A stretch of 64,000 bases of DNA. It comes from an uncultured Thermoleophilia bacterium. GTDB lineage: Bacteria > Actinomycetota > Thermoleophilia > Miltoncostaeales > Miltoncostaeaceae. This document shows positions 1-9,732 of the stretch, in pieces. The stretch's first letter is position 1. Every line of letters begins with the position of its first letter. The stretch is taken from NCBI GenBank assembly GCA_938017905.1, contig CALIKX010000031.1, positions 16,563 to 80,562 of the forward strand, written 5' to 3'. The notes beneath the pieces were generated by a model. The model was not told where the DNA came from, searched no databases, and saw nothing but the letters and a program-made list of their open reading frames with translations. The position numbers and the translations under genes were made by a program.

Positions 1-1195
1 GAGGATCCTGATGATCAGCCACATGTACCCCAGCCCGGTCAATCCGACCGGCGGCATCTTCGTGCACGAGCAGGTGCGCGCCCTGCGTGCGCGGGGCCAC
101 GACGTGCAGGTGGTGTCACCGAAGGGCTGGGCGCCGCCGGGCATCCGCCGCTGGTCGGGCTACCGCGACGTGGTGCCGCGGGACACGGTGGACGACGTGG
201 TCGTGCACTACCCCCGGAAGGTGACCCTTCCGGGCGGGCGCCTGGGTCACCGCAACGCGGACGCGTTCCTGCTGGGCATCCGCCGCACCGTCCGGCGCAT
301 CCAGCGCGAGTGGCCGATCGATGTCATGCATGCCCACATGATGGTGCCCGACGGCTGGGCAGCCGCACGCATCGGCCACGAACTGGGGGTACCCGCGGTC
401 GGCACCGCACACCGGGCGGATGTGCTGGACGTCCCGGCCCAGGGCGCAAAGGCCCGCATGCGCGTGGCCGAGGCCATCCAGACGCTCGACGCCGTGGTGA
501 CCGTGAGCCGTGCCATCGGTGATGCCGCCGGTGCCATCGCCCGCCCACGGCGCCCCATCACCGTGGTGCCGAACGGCGCCGACGAGACAGTGTTCCTGCC
601 ACGGGGCGCCGCCGCGGCGCGCGAGCGCATCGGCCTGCCCGCGGACGGACCCGTGATCTCGTACGTGGGCAAGCTCGTGCCGCGGAAGGGCGTGGACGAC
701 CTGGTCGAGGCCATGGGCATCCTTGCCGCGCGCGCGAGCGGCGCGCCGCGGCTCGTGATGGCGGGCATCGGCCCGCTGCGCGAGCTCCTGGAGCGGCGCG
801 CGGCCGAGCTGGGCGTGGCCGACCGCATCACCTGGCTCGGGAAGGTGCCGCACGATGACGTGGGCCGGGTGATGTCCACGGGCGATGTCTTCGTGCTGCC
901 ATCACTGTCCGAGGGCCTGCCCACCGTGGTGTGCGAGGCCATGGCCTGCGGGCTGCCGGTCGTGGCCACGGCGGTGGACGGGACGCCGGAGATCGTCGAC
1001 GACCCGCACACCGGGCTGCTGGTGCCGCCGCACGACCCCGGTGCGCTGGCGCAGGCACTGGCACGGGTGCTCGACGACGACGCCCTCCGGGCGGCCATGG
1101 GCACAGAGGCCCTGCGGCGCTCCGGCGAGGACTACACATGGGCGGCCAACGCGCGGCGCATGGAGGCCGTGTACCGGGACGTGATGCGCGCGTGA
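1..1195 (+). CDS. Glycosyltransferase, GT4/group-1 type. The 5' end is probably cut by the window edge.
   Basis: ORF 11..1195. N-terminus MISHMYPSP..GGIFVHEQV and C-terminal EGLPTVVCEAMACGLPVVAT..G.PEIV are typical of GT4 enzymes. The frame is open back to nt 2 (RIL-MISH), so the true start may lie just upstream. Confidence 0.8.
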   Translation, partial: RILMISHMYPSPVNPTGGIFVHEQVRALRARGHDVQVVSPKGWAPPGIRRWSGYRDVVPRDTVDDVVVHYPRKVTLPGGRLGHRNADAFLLGIRRTVRRIQREWPIDVMHAHMMVPDGWAAARIGHELGVPAVGTAHRADVLDVPAQGAKARMRVAEAIQTLDAVVTVSRAIGDAAGAIARPRRPITVVPNGADETVFLPRGAAAARERIGLPADGPVISYVGKLVPRKGVDDLVEAMGILAARASGAPRLVMAGIGPLRELLERRAAELGVADRITWLGKVPHDDVGRVMSTGDVFVLPSLSEGLPTVVCEAMACGLPVVATAVDGTPEIVDDPHTGLLVPPHDPGALAQALARVLDDDALRAAMGTEALRRSGEDYTWAANARRMEAVYRDVMRA

Positions 1196-2385
1196 GCCGG
1201 CGCGGCGACGCCGTCGCCGTGGTGCTGCAGGCATCCGGCCCGAACGCGCTCGGCATCATCCGGTCCCTCGCCCGCGAGGGCGTGCCGGTGATGGCCACCG
1301 ACCACGACCCGCGGGCCATGGGCCTGCTGTCGCGCCACGCCCGCAAGGTCGTGCTGGCCGACCCCGTGGCGCACCCGGACGCATTCGTGGCTGAGCTGGA
1401 GGTGCTCGGGCGATCGCTGGATGCCCGCGGCGTGCTGTTCCCCACGCACGACGAGGCGCTTGAGGCCATCGGTCCGCACGAGGCGCGCCTCGCGGAGTGG
1501 TTCGACATGCCGTGGTCGCCGTGGGAGCAGTTGGCGCCATACCTGGACAAGTCGTGCCAGCACGCCGCCGCCCGGCGGATCGGCTTCCCCGTCCCGGCGA
1601 CCGTGGAGCCCGGCGACGGGGACGACGTCCGTGAGGCAGCACGCGAGCTGCGGTTCCCGGTCGTCCTCAAGCCGCGGCGCGACCCCGCGGGCTTCAAGTC
1701 GGCGTTCGGGCGGCAGGTGCTCGAGGCCGACGACCCCGACGCGCTGGTGCGCCAGTGGGACCGCGCGGCGGAGCACCGGCCGCAGGTGTCCGAGGTCATC
1801 CCCGGGGGCGACGACGCGCTGTGGACCCTCGGCTCCTATCGCGGCACCGACGGCCGCCCGCTGGCGTCATTCACAGGACGCAAGCTGCGGCAGTGGCCAC
1901 CGGGGTTCGGCACCGCGCGCGCGGCGGAGGCATGGTGGGACCCGGGGCTGGCCGGGCGCGGCCACGCGCTGCTGGATGAGATCGGCTTCCACGGCATCTC
2001 GCAGGTGGAGGTGAAGCGTGACCCCCGCGACGGGCGCGACTACCTGATCGAGGTCAACCCGCGATCGTGGCTGTGGATCTCCCTCGCCACGGCAGCCGGG
2101 GTCAACATCCCCCTCGCCGCATGGCTCGATGCCACCGGGAGCCCGCGCACCTGGCCCGAGGGCCACCGCAGCGACATGCGATGGGTGCTGTCGGCCCGCC
2201 ACCTCCCCGCGTCGGCAGGCGAGCTCCGGCGGGGGCGCTGGGGTGCCCGCGGGGCGGCGGCCACGCTCCGGCCACCGGTGATCGACGGGGTGGCCTCCCT
2301 CTCGGACCCGCGACCAGGCCTCGTACAGGCCGCGCGCATCACGCGGGCCGCGGCGGGCCGTTCCGCGCGAGGGGCTGCCCGATGA
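1192..2385 (+). CDS. ATP-grasp domain protein (carboxylate-amine ligase-like)
   Basis: In-frame GTG at 1192 overlaps the upstream stop (GTGA). The sequence has a pre-ATP-grasp Rossmann-like N-terminus (VVLQASGPNALGIIRSLAREGVPV), then FPVVLKPR and YLIEVNPR motifs. Confidence 0.7.
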   Translation: MSRRGDAVAVVLQASGPNALGIIRSLAREGVPVMATDHDPRAMGLLSRHARKVVLADPVAHPDAFVAELEVLGRSLDARGVLFPTHDEALEAIGPHEARLAEWFDMPWSPWEQLAPYLDKSCQHAAARRIGFPVPATVEPGDGDDVREAARELRFPVVLKPRRDPAGFKSAFGRQVLEADDPDALVRQWDRAAEHRPQVSEVIPGGDDALWTLGSYRGTDGRPLASFTGRKLRQWPPGFGTARAAEAWWDPGLAGRGHALLDEIGFHGISQVEVKRDPRDGRDYLIEVNPRSWLWISLATAAGVNIPLAAWLDATGSPRTWPEGHRSDMRWVLSARHLPASAGELRRGRWGARGAAATLRPPVIDGVASLSDPRPGLVQAARITRAAAGRSARGAAR

Positions 2386-4739
2386 ACGGGAACGCGCTGC
2401 GTATCCGGATCGAGGGCGCACGCCCGGCATTCGGCCCACGCGCCCGGTGGGTGCTGTCCACCCTGGCCGAGGGACTCGGCCGCGAGGCGCGGTTCACCAA
2501 CGGGCCCGCGGACATCGTGTACGCGCCGGTGCCGCCGCCCGCGGGCGAGGAGGCGTGCTGGATCCCTCTGCAGGACACCGCACAGGCCTTCTTCGAGGGC
2601 CCCGGGGCGTTCCCCGCGGATGCCGTGCACCGGGCAGGAGGACTCGCCCTTCTCTTCCCCCCGGCCGCCCCGGGCGCGGAGATACCGGGCGACATCGTGG
2701 CCAGCGCCTTCTACCTGCTGGCCCGGTGGGATGAATACCGGGTGGCGGACCGCGACCGCTTCGGCAGGCTGCCGTACGCCCGCAGCGCCTTCGCCACCAT
2801 CGCGGGGCTCGACATCGAGGAGCCGGCCGTCGAGGGGTACCTGGCCGCCCTGCGGGACGCGCTCGGCATTCCCGCACCGGAGTCCTGGACCGTGTTCCTC
2901 ACGCACGACATCGACCGCATCCGGCGGCGGACGCCGCGGGGCATCGCCCGCGCGATCAAGCGGCGGCGGCACAGGGCCGTGCGCGACCTCGCCGGGCATG
3001 ACCCCTGGGACAACGTGCCGGACCTCCTCGAGACCACGTGGCGGCGCGGGCTGCGGTCCACGGTGTTCCTGATCGGGCGCAACGCCCACCGGCTGGACGG
3101 CACCCCACGTCGCACGTACGAGCGGGAGCGCCGGGACCTGGCCGCCGCAGTGCGCGCGGCAGGGTCCGAGGTGGCACTGCACGGCGCCTTCGCGTCATCG
3201 GAGTCCGAGGAGGCGCTGCGCGGGGAACTCCGCACCCTGCGCGATGAGGCCGGTGATATCCGCGGGGTCCGATTCCACTACCTGCGCTTCCGGTACCACG
3301 ACACGCCGCTGCGCGTGGAGCGCGCCGGTCTCACGTACGACGCCAGCCTGGGCTTCAGCGAGCGACCGGGCTTCGCAGCCGGGTACGCACGCCCCTTCCG
3401 GCCGTGGATCGTGGGCCAGGAGCGCGCAGCCGACATCACCCTGGTGCCGCTGTGCGTGATGGACACCACCCTGCACTCACACCTGGGGCTCGATGCCGCT
3501 GATGCCCGCCGGCGCGCGCTGCGCGTGCTCGACGCCGTGCGCCGGGCCGGCGGCGCCGCCGCGCTCCTGTGGCACAACACCTACCTGGCCGATGAACGGG
3601 CACCGGGCTACGACCGCCTCTGGGAGGACCTGCTCGACGACCTCGCCGCGCGAGGGGCCCGCATGGGGCCCATCGCACCCCCGGACCCGGCGGCCGGTGC
3701 CCGCCTGGACGGACGGCGGGTGGTGCACCTGACCAGCGTCCACCGGCCACGCGACGTGCGGATCTTCCACAAGGAGGTCCGGGCCCTTGCCGCGGCGGGC
3801 GCAGACGCCTCGGTGGTGGGCCTCGAGGCCCCCGTACCGCGCGCGCACCGCACGCGCGCCGGCTGGGACCTCGCGCGGCGTGCACGGGCCATGGACGCCG
3901 ACGCCTACCACGTGCACGATCCGGAGATGCTGCCGCAGGCGCTCTGGCTGCAGCGGGTGACCGGCCGGCCCGTCATCTACGACGCCCACGAGTACCTGGG
4001 CGAGACCGCGCGCACCAAGCGGTGGATCCCCGGGCCGCTGCGGCGTCCCGTCGCTGCGATCGCCGCGGGGGCCGAACGCGCCGCCGGACGCAGGCTGGCC
4101 GGGGTGGTCACCGCCAACGAGGACCTCGCCGCGCGATTCGCCGCCGCGGGATGCCGTGCCGTCAGCGTCGCCAACAGCCCCTTCGCCGCGGAGTTCGGGG
4201 TGGCGGGCGAACCCGAGGGCGGCATCGTCCTGTACGTGGGCGGCCTGGGCCCCCTGCGCGGGCTGCCGTTGATGCTCGAGGCGTTCCCCAAGGTGGGCGT
4301 GCCGGGAGCGCGACTGCTGCTCGCCGGGCCGGGCGATCCCGGTGAACTGCCGCCGGGCGTCGAGTACCTGGGCGTGGTCGACCACTCCGAGGTGCCGCAC
4401 CTGCTCGCGCGTGCGTCGGTTGCCTGGATACCCCTGCGCCGCCACGGCAACTACGACAGGGCCGTGCCCACCAAGCTGGTGGAGGCCATGGCCATGGGGC
4501 GGCCGGTGGTGGCGAGCGACCTCCCGCGCATGGCAGCGATCGTCCGGTCCACGGGGTGCGGCATCGTGGTGCCGGCCGACGATCCCGCGGCGCACGCGGA
4601 GGCCATCCGCAGCCTCCTGGACGACCCCGACCGCGCGCGCAGGATGGGCGAGGCGGGCCGGCGGGCATTCCTCGAGGGGCTCACCTTCGAGCGCGAGGCC
4701 GATGCGCTGACCGGCTTCTACGCGGAGGTGCTCGGCTGA
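2382..4739 (+). CDS. Fusion protein: N-terminal polysaccharide-deacetylase-like (CE4-like) domain and C-terminal GT4 glycosyltransferase
   Basis: ATG 2382 overlaps the upstream stop (ATGA). The N-terminal half has FLTHDIDRIRR, VALHGAF and LLWHNTYL. The C-terminal half starts VVHLTSVHRPRDVRIFHKE and has ..VPTKLVEAMAMGRPVVASD (GT4 E-x7-E region). Confidence 0.7.
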   Translation: MNGNALRIRIEGARPAFGPRARWVLSTLAEGLGREARFTNGPADIVYAPVPPPAGEEACWIPLQDTAQAFFEGPGAFPADAVHRAGGLALLFPPAAPGAEIPGDIVASAFYLLARWDEYRVADRDRFGRLPYARSAFATIAGLDIEEPAVEGYLAALRDALGIPAPESWTVFLTHDIDRIRRRTPRGIARAIKRRRHRAVRDLAGHDPWDNVPDLLETTWRRGLRSTVFLIGRNAHRLDGTPRRTYERERRDLAAAVRAAGSEVALHGAFASSESEEALRGELRTLRDEAGDIRGVRFHYLRFRYHDTPLRVERAGLTYDASLGFSERPGFAAGYARPFRPWIVGQERAADITLVPLCVMDTTLHSHLGLDAADARRRALRVLDAVRRAGGAAALLWHNTYLADERAPGYDRLWEDLLDDLAARGARMGPIAPPDPAAGARLDGRRVVHLTSVHRPRDVRIFHKEVRALAAAGADASVVGLEAPVPRAHRTRAGWDLARRARAMDADAYHVHDPEMLPQALWLQRVTGRPVIYDAHEYLGETARTKRWIPGPLRRPVAAIAAGAERAAGRRLAGVVTANEDLAARFAAAGCRAVSVANSPFAAEFGVAGEPEGGIVLYVGGLGPLRGLPLMLEAFPKVGVPGARLLLAGPGDPGELPPGVEYLGVVDHSEVPHLLARASVAWIPLRRHGNYDRAVPTKLVEAMAMGRPVVASDLPRMAAIVRSTGCGIVVPADDPAAHAEAIRSLLDDPDRARRMGEAGRRAFLEGLTFEREADALTGFYAEVLG

Positions 4740-5968
4740 TGGCACGGGTCCTGTACGTGTCCCAGTACTTCGTGAGCGGCGATCAGCCCGGAGGGGTGCG
4801 CCATTGGCAGCACTGCCGGGCCCTGGCACGCGCGGGGCACGACGTGACCGTGGTCACCTCGTACGTGCAGCACAAGGAGCGCACGATCCCCGACGAGTAC
4901 CGGGGCCGGCGCATCGTCCGGTCATCCGAGGACGGCCTGGACATCGTGCGCACCTACTCCACGCCGGGCTACGGCCGTGACCTGCGGTCGCGGCTCTCGA
5001 ACTACGGCACCTTCGCCCTGTGGTCGGCCATCGCGGAACTGCGGCTCCCACGACCCGACGTGGTGGTGGCATCGTCGCCATCGCTTCCCGCCGCGGCGGC
5101 CGCGGCGGCGCTGGCGCGCGCCCGCCGGGCGCGCTTCCTGCTGGAGGTACGGGACCTCTGGCCCGACTCCGCCGTCGCCATGGGACTGGTGACCAACCCC
5201 CGCGTGATCGGGACCGCCCGCCGGATGGAGCACTACTGCTACCGGCGCGCCGATCGCGTGGTGGCCCTGACCGAGGGAATCCGCGACGGCGTGGTTGCCT
5301 CGGGCGTCATCCCGGCGGGACGGGTGAGCCTCATCACCAACGGCATCGACCTCGACGTGCTGCCCGACCCCGCCCGGCCGGCGGACCTCCCGGTGCCCGA
5401 CGATGCGGTGGTCGCGATGTTCGTGGGCGCCCACGGCACGTACTCGTCGCTCGAGACCGTGCTCGGGGCGGCCGACCTGCTGCAGGACGACCCGCGCATC
5501 CGCGTGGTGCTGGTGGGCGGGGGCGACCGGAAGCCCGCGCTGGTGGCCGATGCCCGCGAACGCGGGCTGGACAACGTCGTCTTCGTGGACCCGGTGCCCA
5601 AGCGGCAGGTTCCGGCGTTCCTGGCGCGGGCCGACGTGTGCCTGCTGCCGTACCAGGACCGGGACCTCTTCGCCGGCGCGCTTCCGAACAAGGTGTTCGA
5701 CTACCTGGCGGCCGGGCGGCCCGTGCTGGCCGCCGCCCCGGCGGGCGAACTCACGCGCCTGGTGGACCGGGCGGGGTGCGGATGGAACGTCCCGCCGGAG
5801 GACCCCGCGGCCATGGCAGCGGCCATCCGCCAGGCGGCCGAGGACCCAGCCGCGGCCCGCGCCCGCGGGGCGGCGGGGCGGCAGCATGCGCTCGCGGAGT
5901 ATGACCGCGCGGTGCTGGCCGGGCGCTTCGTGGCGCTCGTCGACGAACTCGCGGCGGGGGCCGCGTGA
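4739..5968 (+). CDS. Glycosyltransferase, GT4 (WbuB-like)
   Basis: ATG 4739 overlaps the upstream TGA by 1 nt. MARVLYVSQYFVSGDQPGGVRHWQH, ...LPNKVFDYLAAGRPVLA. Confidence 0.8.
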   Translation: MARVLYVSQYFVSGDQPGGVRHWQHCRALARAGHDVTVVTSYVQHKERTIPDEYRGRRIVRSSEDGLDIVRTYSTPGYGRDLRSRLSNYGTFALWSAIAELRLPRPDVVVASSPSLPAAAAAAALARARRARFLLEVRDLWPDSAVAMGLVTNPRVIGTARRMEHYCYRRADRVVALTEGIRDGVVASGVIPAGRVSLITNGIDLDVLPDPARPADLPVPDDAVVAMFVGAHGTYSSLETVLGAADLLQDDPRIRVVLVGGGDRKPALVADARERGLDNVVFVDPVPKRQVPAFLARADVCLLPYQDRDLFAGALPNKVFDYLAAGRPVLAAAPAGELTRLVDRAGCGWNVPPEDPAAMAAAIRQAAEDPAAARARGAAGRQHALAEYDRAVLAGRFVALVDELAAGAA

Positions 5969-6675
5969 TCCCGGTGCGCACCCGGCTCCGCTACCGTGCG
6001 GCGCACGTGCAGCACACCGCGCCCGATACCGGGGCCGGCACGCCGCCGCGTACCCGCCCCGTGGGCGGGACCGCCAAGCGCGCCATGGACCTCGCCATCG
6101 CGATCCCCGCGACCGTCGCCCTGGCGCCCGTGATGGCGGGCATCGCCGCATGGGTGCGCATCGACTCGCCGGGGCCGGCGATCTTCCGCCAGCGCCGGGC
6201 CGGCGCGTTCGGGCGGCCGTTCACCTGCCTGAAGTTCCGGTCCATGGTGGACGGCGCGGAGGGGCGCGGTGCGGGGCTCGCGGTGCTGGAGGATGACGAC
6301 CGCATCACGCGCGCAGGGCGCGTGCTGCGGCGGCTCTCGCTCGATGAGCTGCCCCAGCTCCTCAACGTGATCCGCGGCGACATGAGCATCGTCGGCCCGC
6401 GCCCCACCGTGCCATCGCAGATCACCCATTACGACGCCACGCAGAGGCGACGCCTGCTGGCGCGCCCGGGCATGACCGGGCTGGCCCAGGTGCGCGGGCG
6501 CGCGGCGATCCCCTGGTCGCGGCGCATCGCGCTGGACGTCGAGTACGTCGACCGCTGGTCACCCGGGCTCGACCTGCGCATCATCGCCGACACCATCCGC
6601 GTGGTGCTGCGCGGCGAGGACCAGTACCGGGGGCAGGAGGGTGGCTTCGACCTGGCGGGGGCGCCGGATGCCTGA
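5965..6675 (+). CDS. Bacterial sugar transferase (polyprenyl-phosphate hexose-1-phosphate transferase, WbaP/EpsL-like)
   Basis: GTG 5965 (GTGA overlap). AKRAMDLAIA...PGPAIFRQRR.G..G.PF..LKFRSM, DELPQLLNVIRGDMSIVGPRP, GMTGLAQV. Confidence 0.85.
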   Translation: MIPVRTRLRYRAAHVQHTAPDTGAGTPPRTRPVGGTAKRAMDLAIAIPATVALAPVMAGIAAWVRIDSPGPAIFRQRRAGAFGRPFTCLKFRSMVDGAEGRGAGLAVLEDDDRITRAGRVLRRLSLDELPQLLNVIRGDMSIVGPRPTVPSQITHYDATQRRRLLARPGMTGLAQVRGRAAIPWSRRIALDVEYVDRWSPGLDLRIIADTIRVVLRGEDQYRGQEGGFDLAGAPDA

Positions 6676-7696
6676 CCACGCCTCAGTGCTGCTCACCTGC
6701 GCGGGGCAGCGCGACGACATCGTGCGCGCGTTCCGCGATGCCCTGGCGCGGCGCGGCGCTGGCGGGCGCGTGGTGGTGAGCGACCTCGACCCGCTCTCGC
6801 CCACGCTGTTCTCCGCGGACCTCGTGGTGGACCTCCCCCCGGTGGACGACCCCGCCTACGGGGCGGCAGTCGCGGACGTGGTGGCGCGCGAGGGCATCGG
6901 GGCGGTGCTGCCGCTGACCGATCTCGACCCCGTGGTGCTGGCCACCGCCGCGCCGCTGGTGGCCGACGCCGGTGGCCTGGTGATGCTGCCGTCGCCCGAG
7001 GTGGCGGCGGCCTGCCAGGACAAGTGGCTGTGCCACGAGATGCTCACCGACGCGGGGCTGCCATCACCGCCGACGTGGCCGGTGGAGGGCACCGACCGCG
7101 ACGACCTTCCGTACCCCATGATGATCAAGCCGCGCATCGGGTTCGCCGGGCGCTGGATCCACCGGTGCGAGGACCGGCGGGAGCTCGACTTCTTCCTCGC
7201 GCGCACGCCGGTGGCAAGCGTGCTTCAGCAGGCGCTGCCGGGCGAGGAGTTCAGCATCGACTGCCTGGCCTCACCGGATGGCCGCGCCATCGCGGCCATC
7301 CCCCGCGCCATGTACCAGAGCAAGGGCGGGGAGCAGATCAAGGGGGAGACCCTTGACGACCCGCAGCTGGTGGAGCTGGGGGCAGCGGTCATCGAGGGGA
7401 TCGGCCTGTGCGGCCCCTGCACCATCCAGTGCTTCCGCGAGGACGGCCGCATCCTGGGCGTCACCGACATCAACACGCGCTTCGGCGGGGGCTTCCCGCT
7501 GCCGCTCGCCGCCGGCGGCGACTACCCCGCGCTCATCCTGGCGATGGCCGCAGGGGAGGACGTCGCGCCCCGACTGGGAACACACAGGGCGGGCGTGGTG
7601 ATGACACGCTTCCTGTCCGAGCACGTCCTCGTGCGGGACGGGGACCGGTTGCGGCCGATGGACGGACGCGGGGAGGCGGTGAGCGGTGGCGTCTGA
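6668..7696 (+). CDS. ATP-grasp domain protein (second copy in the operon)
   Basis: ATG 6668 overlaps the upstream gene by 8 nt. DKWLCHEMLTDAGLPSPPT, YPMMIKPR.G, and an FSIDCL..G...IPR...KGGE pattern typical of CarB/PylC-like ATP-grasp folds. Confidence 0.65.
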   Translation: MPDHASVLLTCAGQRDDIVRAFRDALARRGAGGRVVVSDLDPLSPTLFSADLVVDLPPVDDPAYGAAVADVVAREGIGAVLPLTDLDPVVLATAAPLVADAGGLVMLPSPEVAAACQDKWLCHEMLTDAGLPSPPTWPVEGTDRDDLPYPMMIKPRIGFAGRWIHRCEDRRELDFFLARTPVASVLQQALPGEEFSIDCLASPDGRAIAAIPRAMYQSKGGEQIKGETLDDPQLVELGAAVIEGIGLCGPCTIQCFREDGRILGVTDINTRFGGGFPLPLAAGGDYPALILAMAAGEDVAPRLGTHRAGVVMTRFLSEHVLVRDGDRLRPMDGRGEAVSGGV

Positions 7697-8477
7697 TCGT
7701 GAGATCACACTCGGCGACCTGTGGCGCGCGATCTGGCGCGGCAAGTGGATCGTCCTCGCCACCACGGTCATCGCCGGGCTGGTGGCCTTCGGCATCACGT
7801 ACACCGCCGACACCACCTACTCGGCCACGTCCAAGGTGTACCTGGGCCAGGCCACCACGATCCTCGGCAACCTGGCCTCCACCCCCGGCACCAACCCGCT
7901 CACCGCGGCCACGATGCTGCAGGGCGACGCGGTCGTGGACGCCGTCGCGAAGGAGACCGGGCTCACCCGCGGGCAGGTGCGTGCGCGCAGCGCCGTCAGC
8001 GTGCCGCGGGCGCCGGGCACCAGCAGCACCGGCCAGCCCGCCATCGCCAGCATCCGCGCCACCACGTCCAGTCGCGAGGAGTCCATCCGCCTCGCCAACG
8101 CCTATGCCGAGGCGGCGCTCACCAGCGCCAGCACCGGCTACCAGGCCGTGAGCAGCACGCTCGAGCAGCAGGTGCGCAGGCTGTCGGCGGAGGAGGCCCG
8201 GCTGCAGGCACGCACCCGCCGCGACGCCACGGCCGACGACATGGCGCGTCTCGCCGACGTGCGCGAGGTGCTGGTGGCCTCCGAGCTGCAGCTGGCCCGC
8301 GCGCAGCAGATCGAGGCCCCCGCCATCGTCACGCTGGCCACCGGCGCATCGTCGTCGGCCCGCATGTCCAACCGGGTGCGCACCGCCATCACGGGCGCCA
8401 TCATCGGATTCCTCGTGGGGATCGTCATCGCGCTCGCCACCAGCGGCGGCCTGCGGCGCGGCGACGGGACGGCCTAG
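7686..8477 (+). CDS. Wzz-like polysaccharide chain-length determinant (no kinase domain)
   Basis: GTG 7686 overlaps the upstream gene. ITLGDLWRAIWRGKWIVLATTVIAGLVAF is an N-terminal TM segment. A coiled-coil middle region follows, then a C-terminal TM (AITGAIIGFLVGIVIALA). There is no Walker A motif. Confidence 0.7.
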   Translation: MASDREITLGDLWRAIWRGKWIVLATTVIAGLVAFGITYTADTTYSATSKVYLGQATTILGNLASTPGTNPLTAATMLQGDAVVDAVAKETGLTRGQVRARSAVSVPRAPGTSSTGQPAIASIRATTSSREESIRLANAYAEAALTSASTGYQAVSSTLEQQVRRLSAEEARLQARTRRDATADDMARLADVREVLVASELQLARAQQIEAPAIVTLATGASSSARMSNRVRTAITGAIIGFLVGIVIALATSGGLRRGDGTA

Positions 8478-8490
8478 CGGAGGGCACCGC

Positions 8491-9732
8491 ATGAGGCTCG
8501 TGCCGCGCTCCGAGAAGGCCATCGCCTGGACGATCTCCGGCGTGTTCGCGGCGCTCGCGGTGGTGCTGGCCGGGCTCGTCCTGGTGACCGGTGGGCTCGA
8601 CGACGGGGATCAGCTGGGCACGACGCAGGGCTTCGAGGCCCGGCAGGCCCCGCGCGACGACCTCGGCAGCGACCGGTGGCCCGAGTACGGATACAACGAG
8701 GAGCGCACGCGGGCGAACCCTGCCCTGCGGCTGCCGCCGCCCTATCGCCGGGCGTGGACGCGCGACCTCGGTTCGCTCCTGGAGTTCCCGCCGGTCATCA
8801 ACGACGGCCGGGTCTTCGTCGGCACCAACAAGCGGAAGGCCTTCGCGCTCGACCTCCGCACAGGCCGCATCGCATGGAGCCGCAAGCTCACCGGTCGGTC
8901 CGCCGCGTCCCCGGCGATCGCCGGCGATCTGGTGCTGTTCACCACCATCAATGGCTACGTCGAGGCCATGCGGCAGGACACCTCGCAGGTGGTGTGGCGA
9001 CGCGACGTGGGGACCTCCACCGAGTCGTCGCCCCTCATCATCGGGCAGCGCGCGTACGTGGGCACTCTCGGCGGGCTCATCCTGTGCATGGACGTGCGGA
9101 CCGGGCGGCTCATCTGGACCGCGCGCGCGACGGGCGAGGTGAAGTCCAGCCTCGCCCGGGCAGGCAACCAGGTGATCGTGGGCGACTACGGCGGGCGCAT
9201 CACGTCCCTGAACATGCGCAACGGGCGCATCCGGTGGCGCACCACCAGCCCGGGGCGGCTGCTCAGCGGGGCCGGCGCCTTCTATGCGAACCCCGCGGTG
9301 GCCTACGGACGCATCTACGCCAGCAACGTGAATGGACGGGTCATCGCGCTGGATGCGCGCACCGGGTCAGTGGCCTGGGTGCGCGTGCTGGGCGACTGGG
9401 CCTACTCGAGTCCCGCGGTGAACGCACGCACCGTGTACGTGGGCTCGTATGACCGCAAGCTGTACGCCCTCGATGCCGTCACCGGCGGCGTGCGCTGGAC
9501 CTTCGATGCCGGGGAGCGCATCGCCGGCTCGCCCACGGTCATCGGCAACCTGGTCTGGTTCTCCACGATCGCCCGCGTGCCGTCCGACGGCAGGACCTAC
9601 GCGCTCGACGCCCGGACCGGACGGCGGGTGTTCGCCTTCCCCGATGGCCGGTACACGCCCGCGGTCGGGGTACGCGGCATGCTCGTCCTCACCGGCGTGC
9701 GCAGGCTCTACGGGATGACCCCCGCGGGATGA
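8491..9732 (+). CDS. Membrane-anchored PQQ-like/BamB-like beta-propeller repeat protein
   Basis: N-terminal TM segment, then repeated units such as G.V.VG...G.L.ALD..TG...W. Confidence 0.65.
   Translation: MRLVPRSEKAIAWTISGVFAALAVVLAGLVLVTGGLDDGDQLGTTQGFEARQAPRDDLGSDRWPEYGYNEERTRANPALRLPPPYRRAWTRDLGSLLEFPPVINDGRVFVGTNKRKAFALDLRTGRIAWSRKLTGRSAASPAIAGDLVLFTTINGYVEAMRQDTSQVVWRRDVGTSTESSPLIIGQRAYVGTLGGLILCMDVRTGRLIWTARATGEVKSSLARAGNQVIVGDYGGRITSLNMRNGRIRWRTTSPGRLLSGAGAFYANPAVAYGRIYASNVNGRVIALDARTGSVAWVRVLGDWAYSSPAVNARTVYVGSYDRKLYALDAVTGGVRWTFDAGERIAGSPTVIGNLVWFSTIARVPSDGRTYALDARTGRRVFAFPDGRYTPAVGVRGMLVLTGVRRLYGMTPAG

Noticed and set aside
2067-2381. N-terminal extensions offered by the ORF track: 2067 for the CE4-GT4 fusion, 931 for the ATP-grasp, 4556 for the GT4, 37046 for fabG, 39947 for accD, 40498 for accA, 43696 for the HAD gene, 47857 for the DUF4395 fusion, and 51913 for TetR.
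   Set aside because: The extended parts overlap the preceding genes out of frame and translate to Arg/Pro/Gly-rich sequence. Internal starts that overlap the upstream stop codons (ATGA, GTGA) give N-termini typical of each family.
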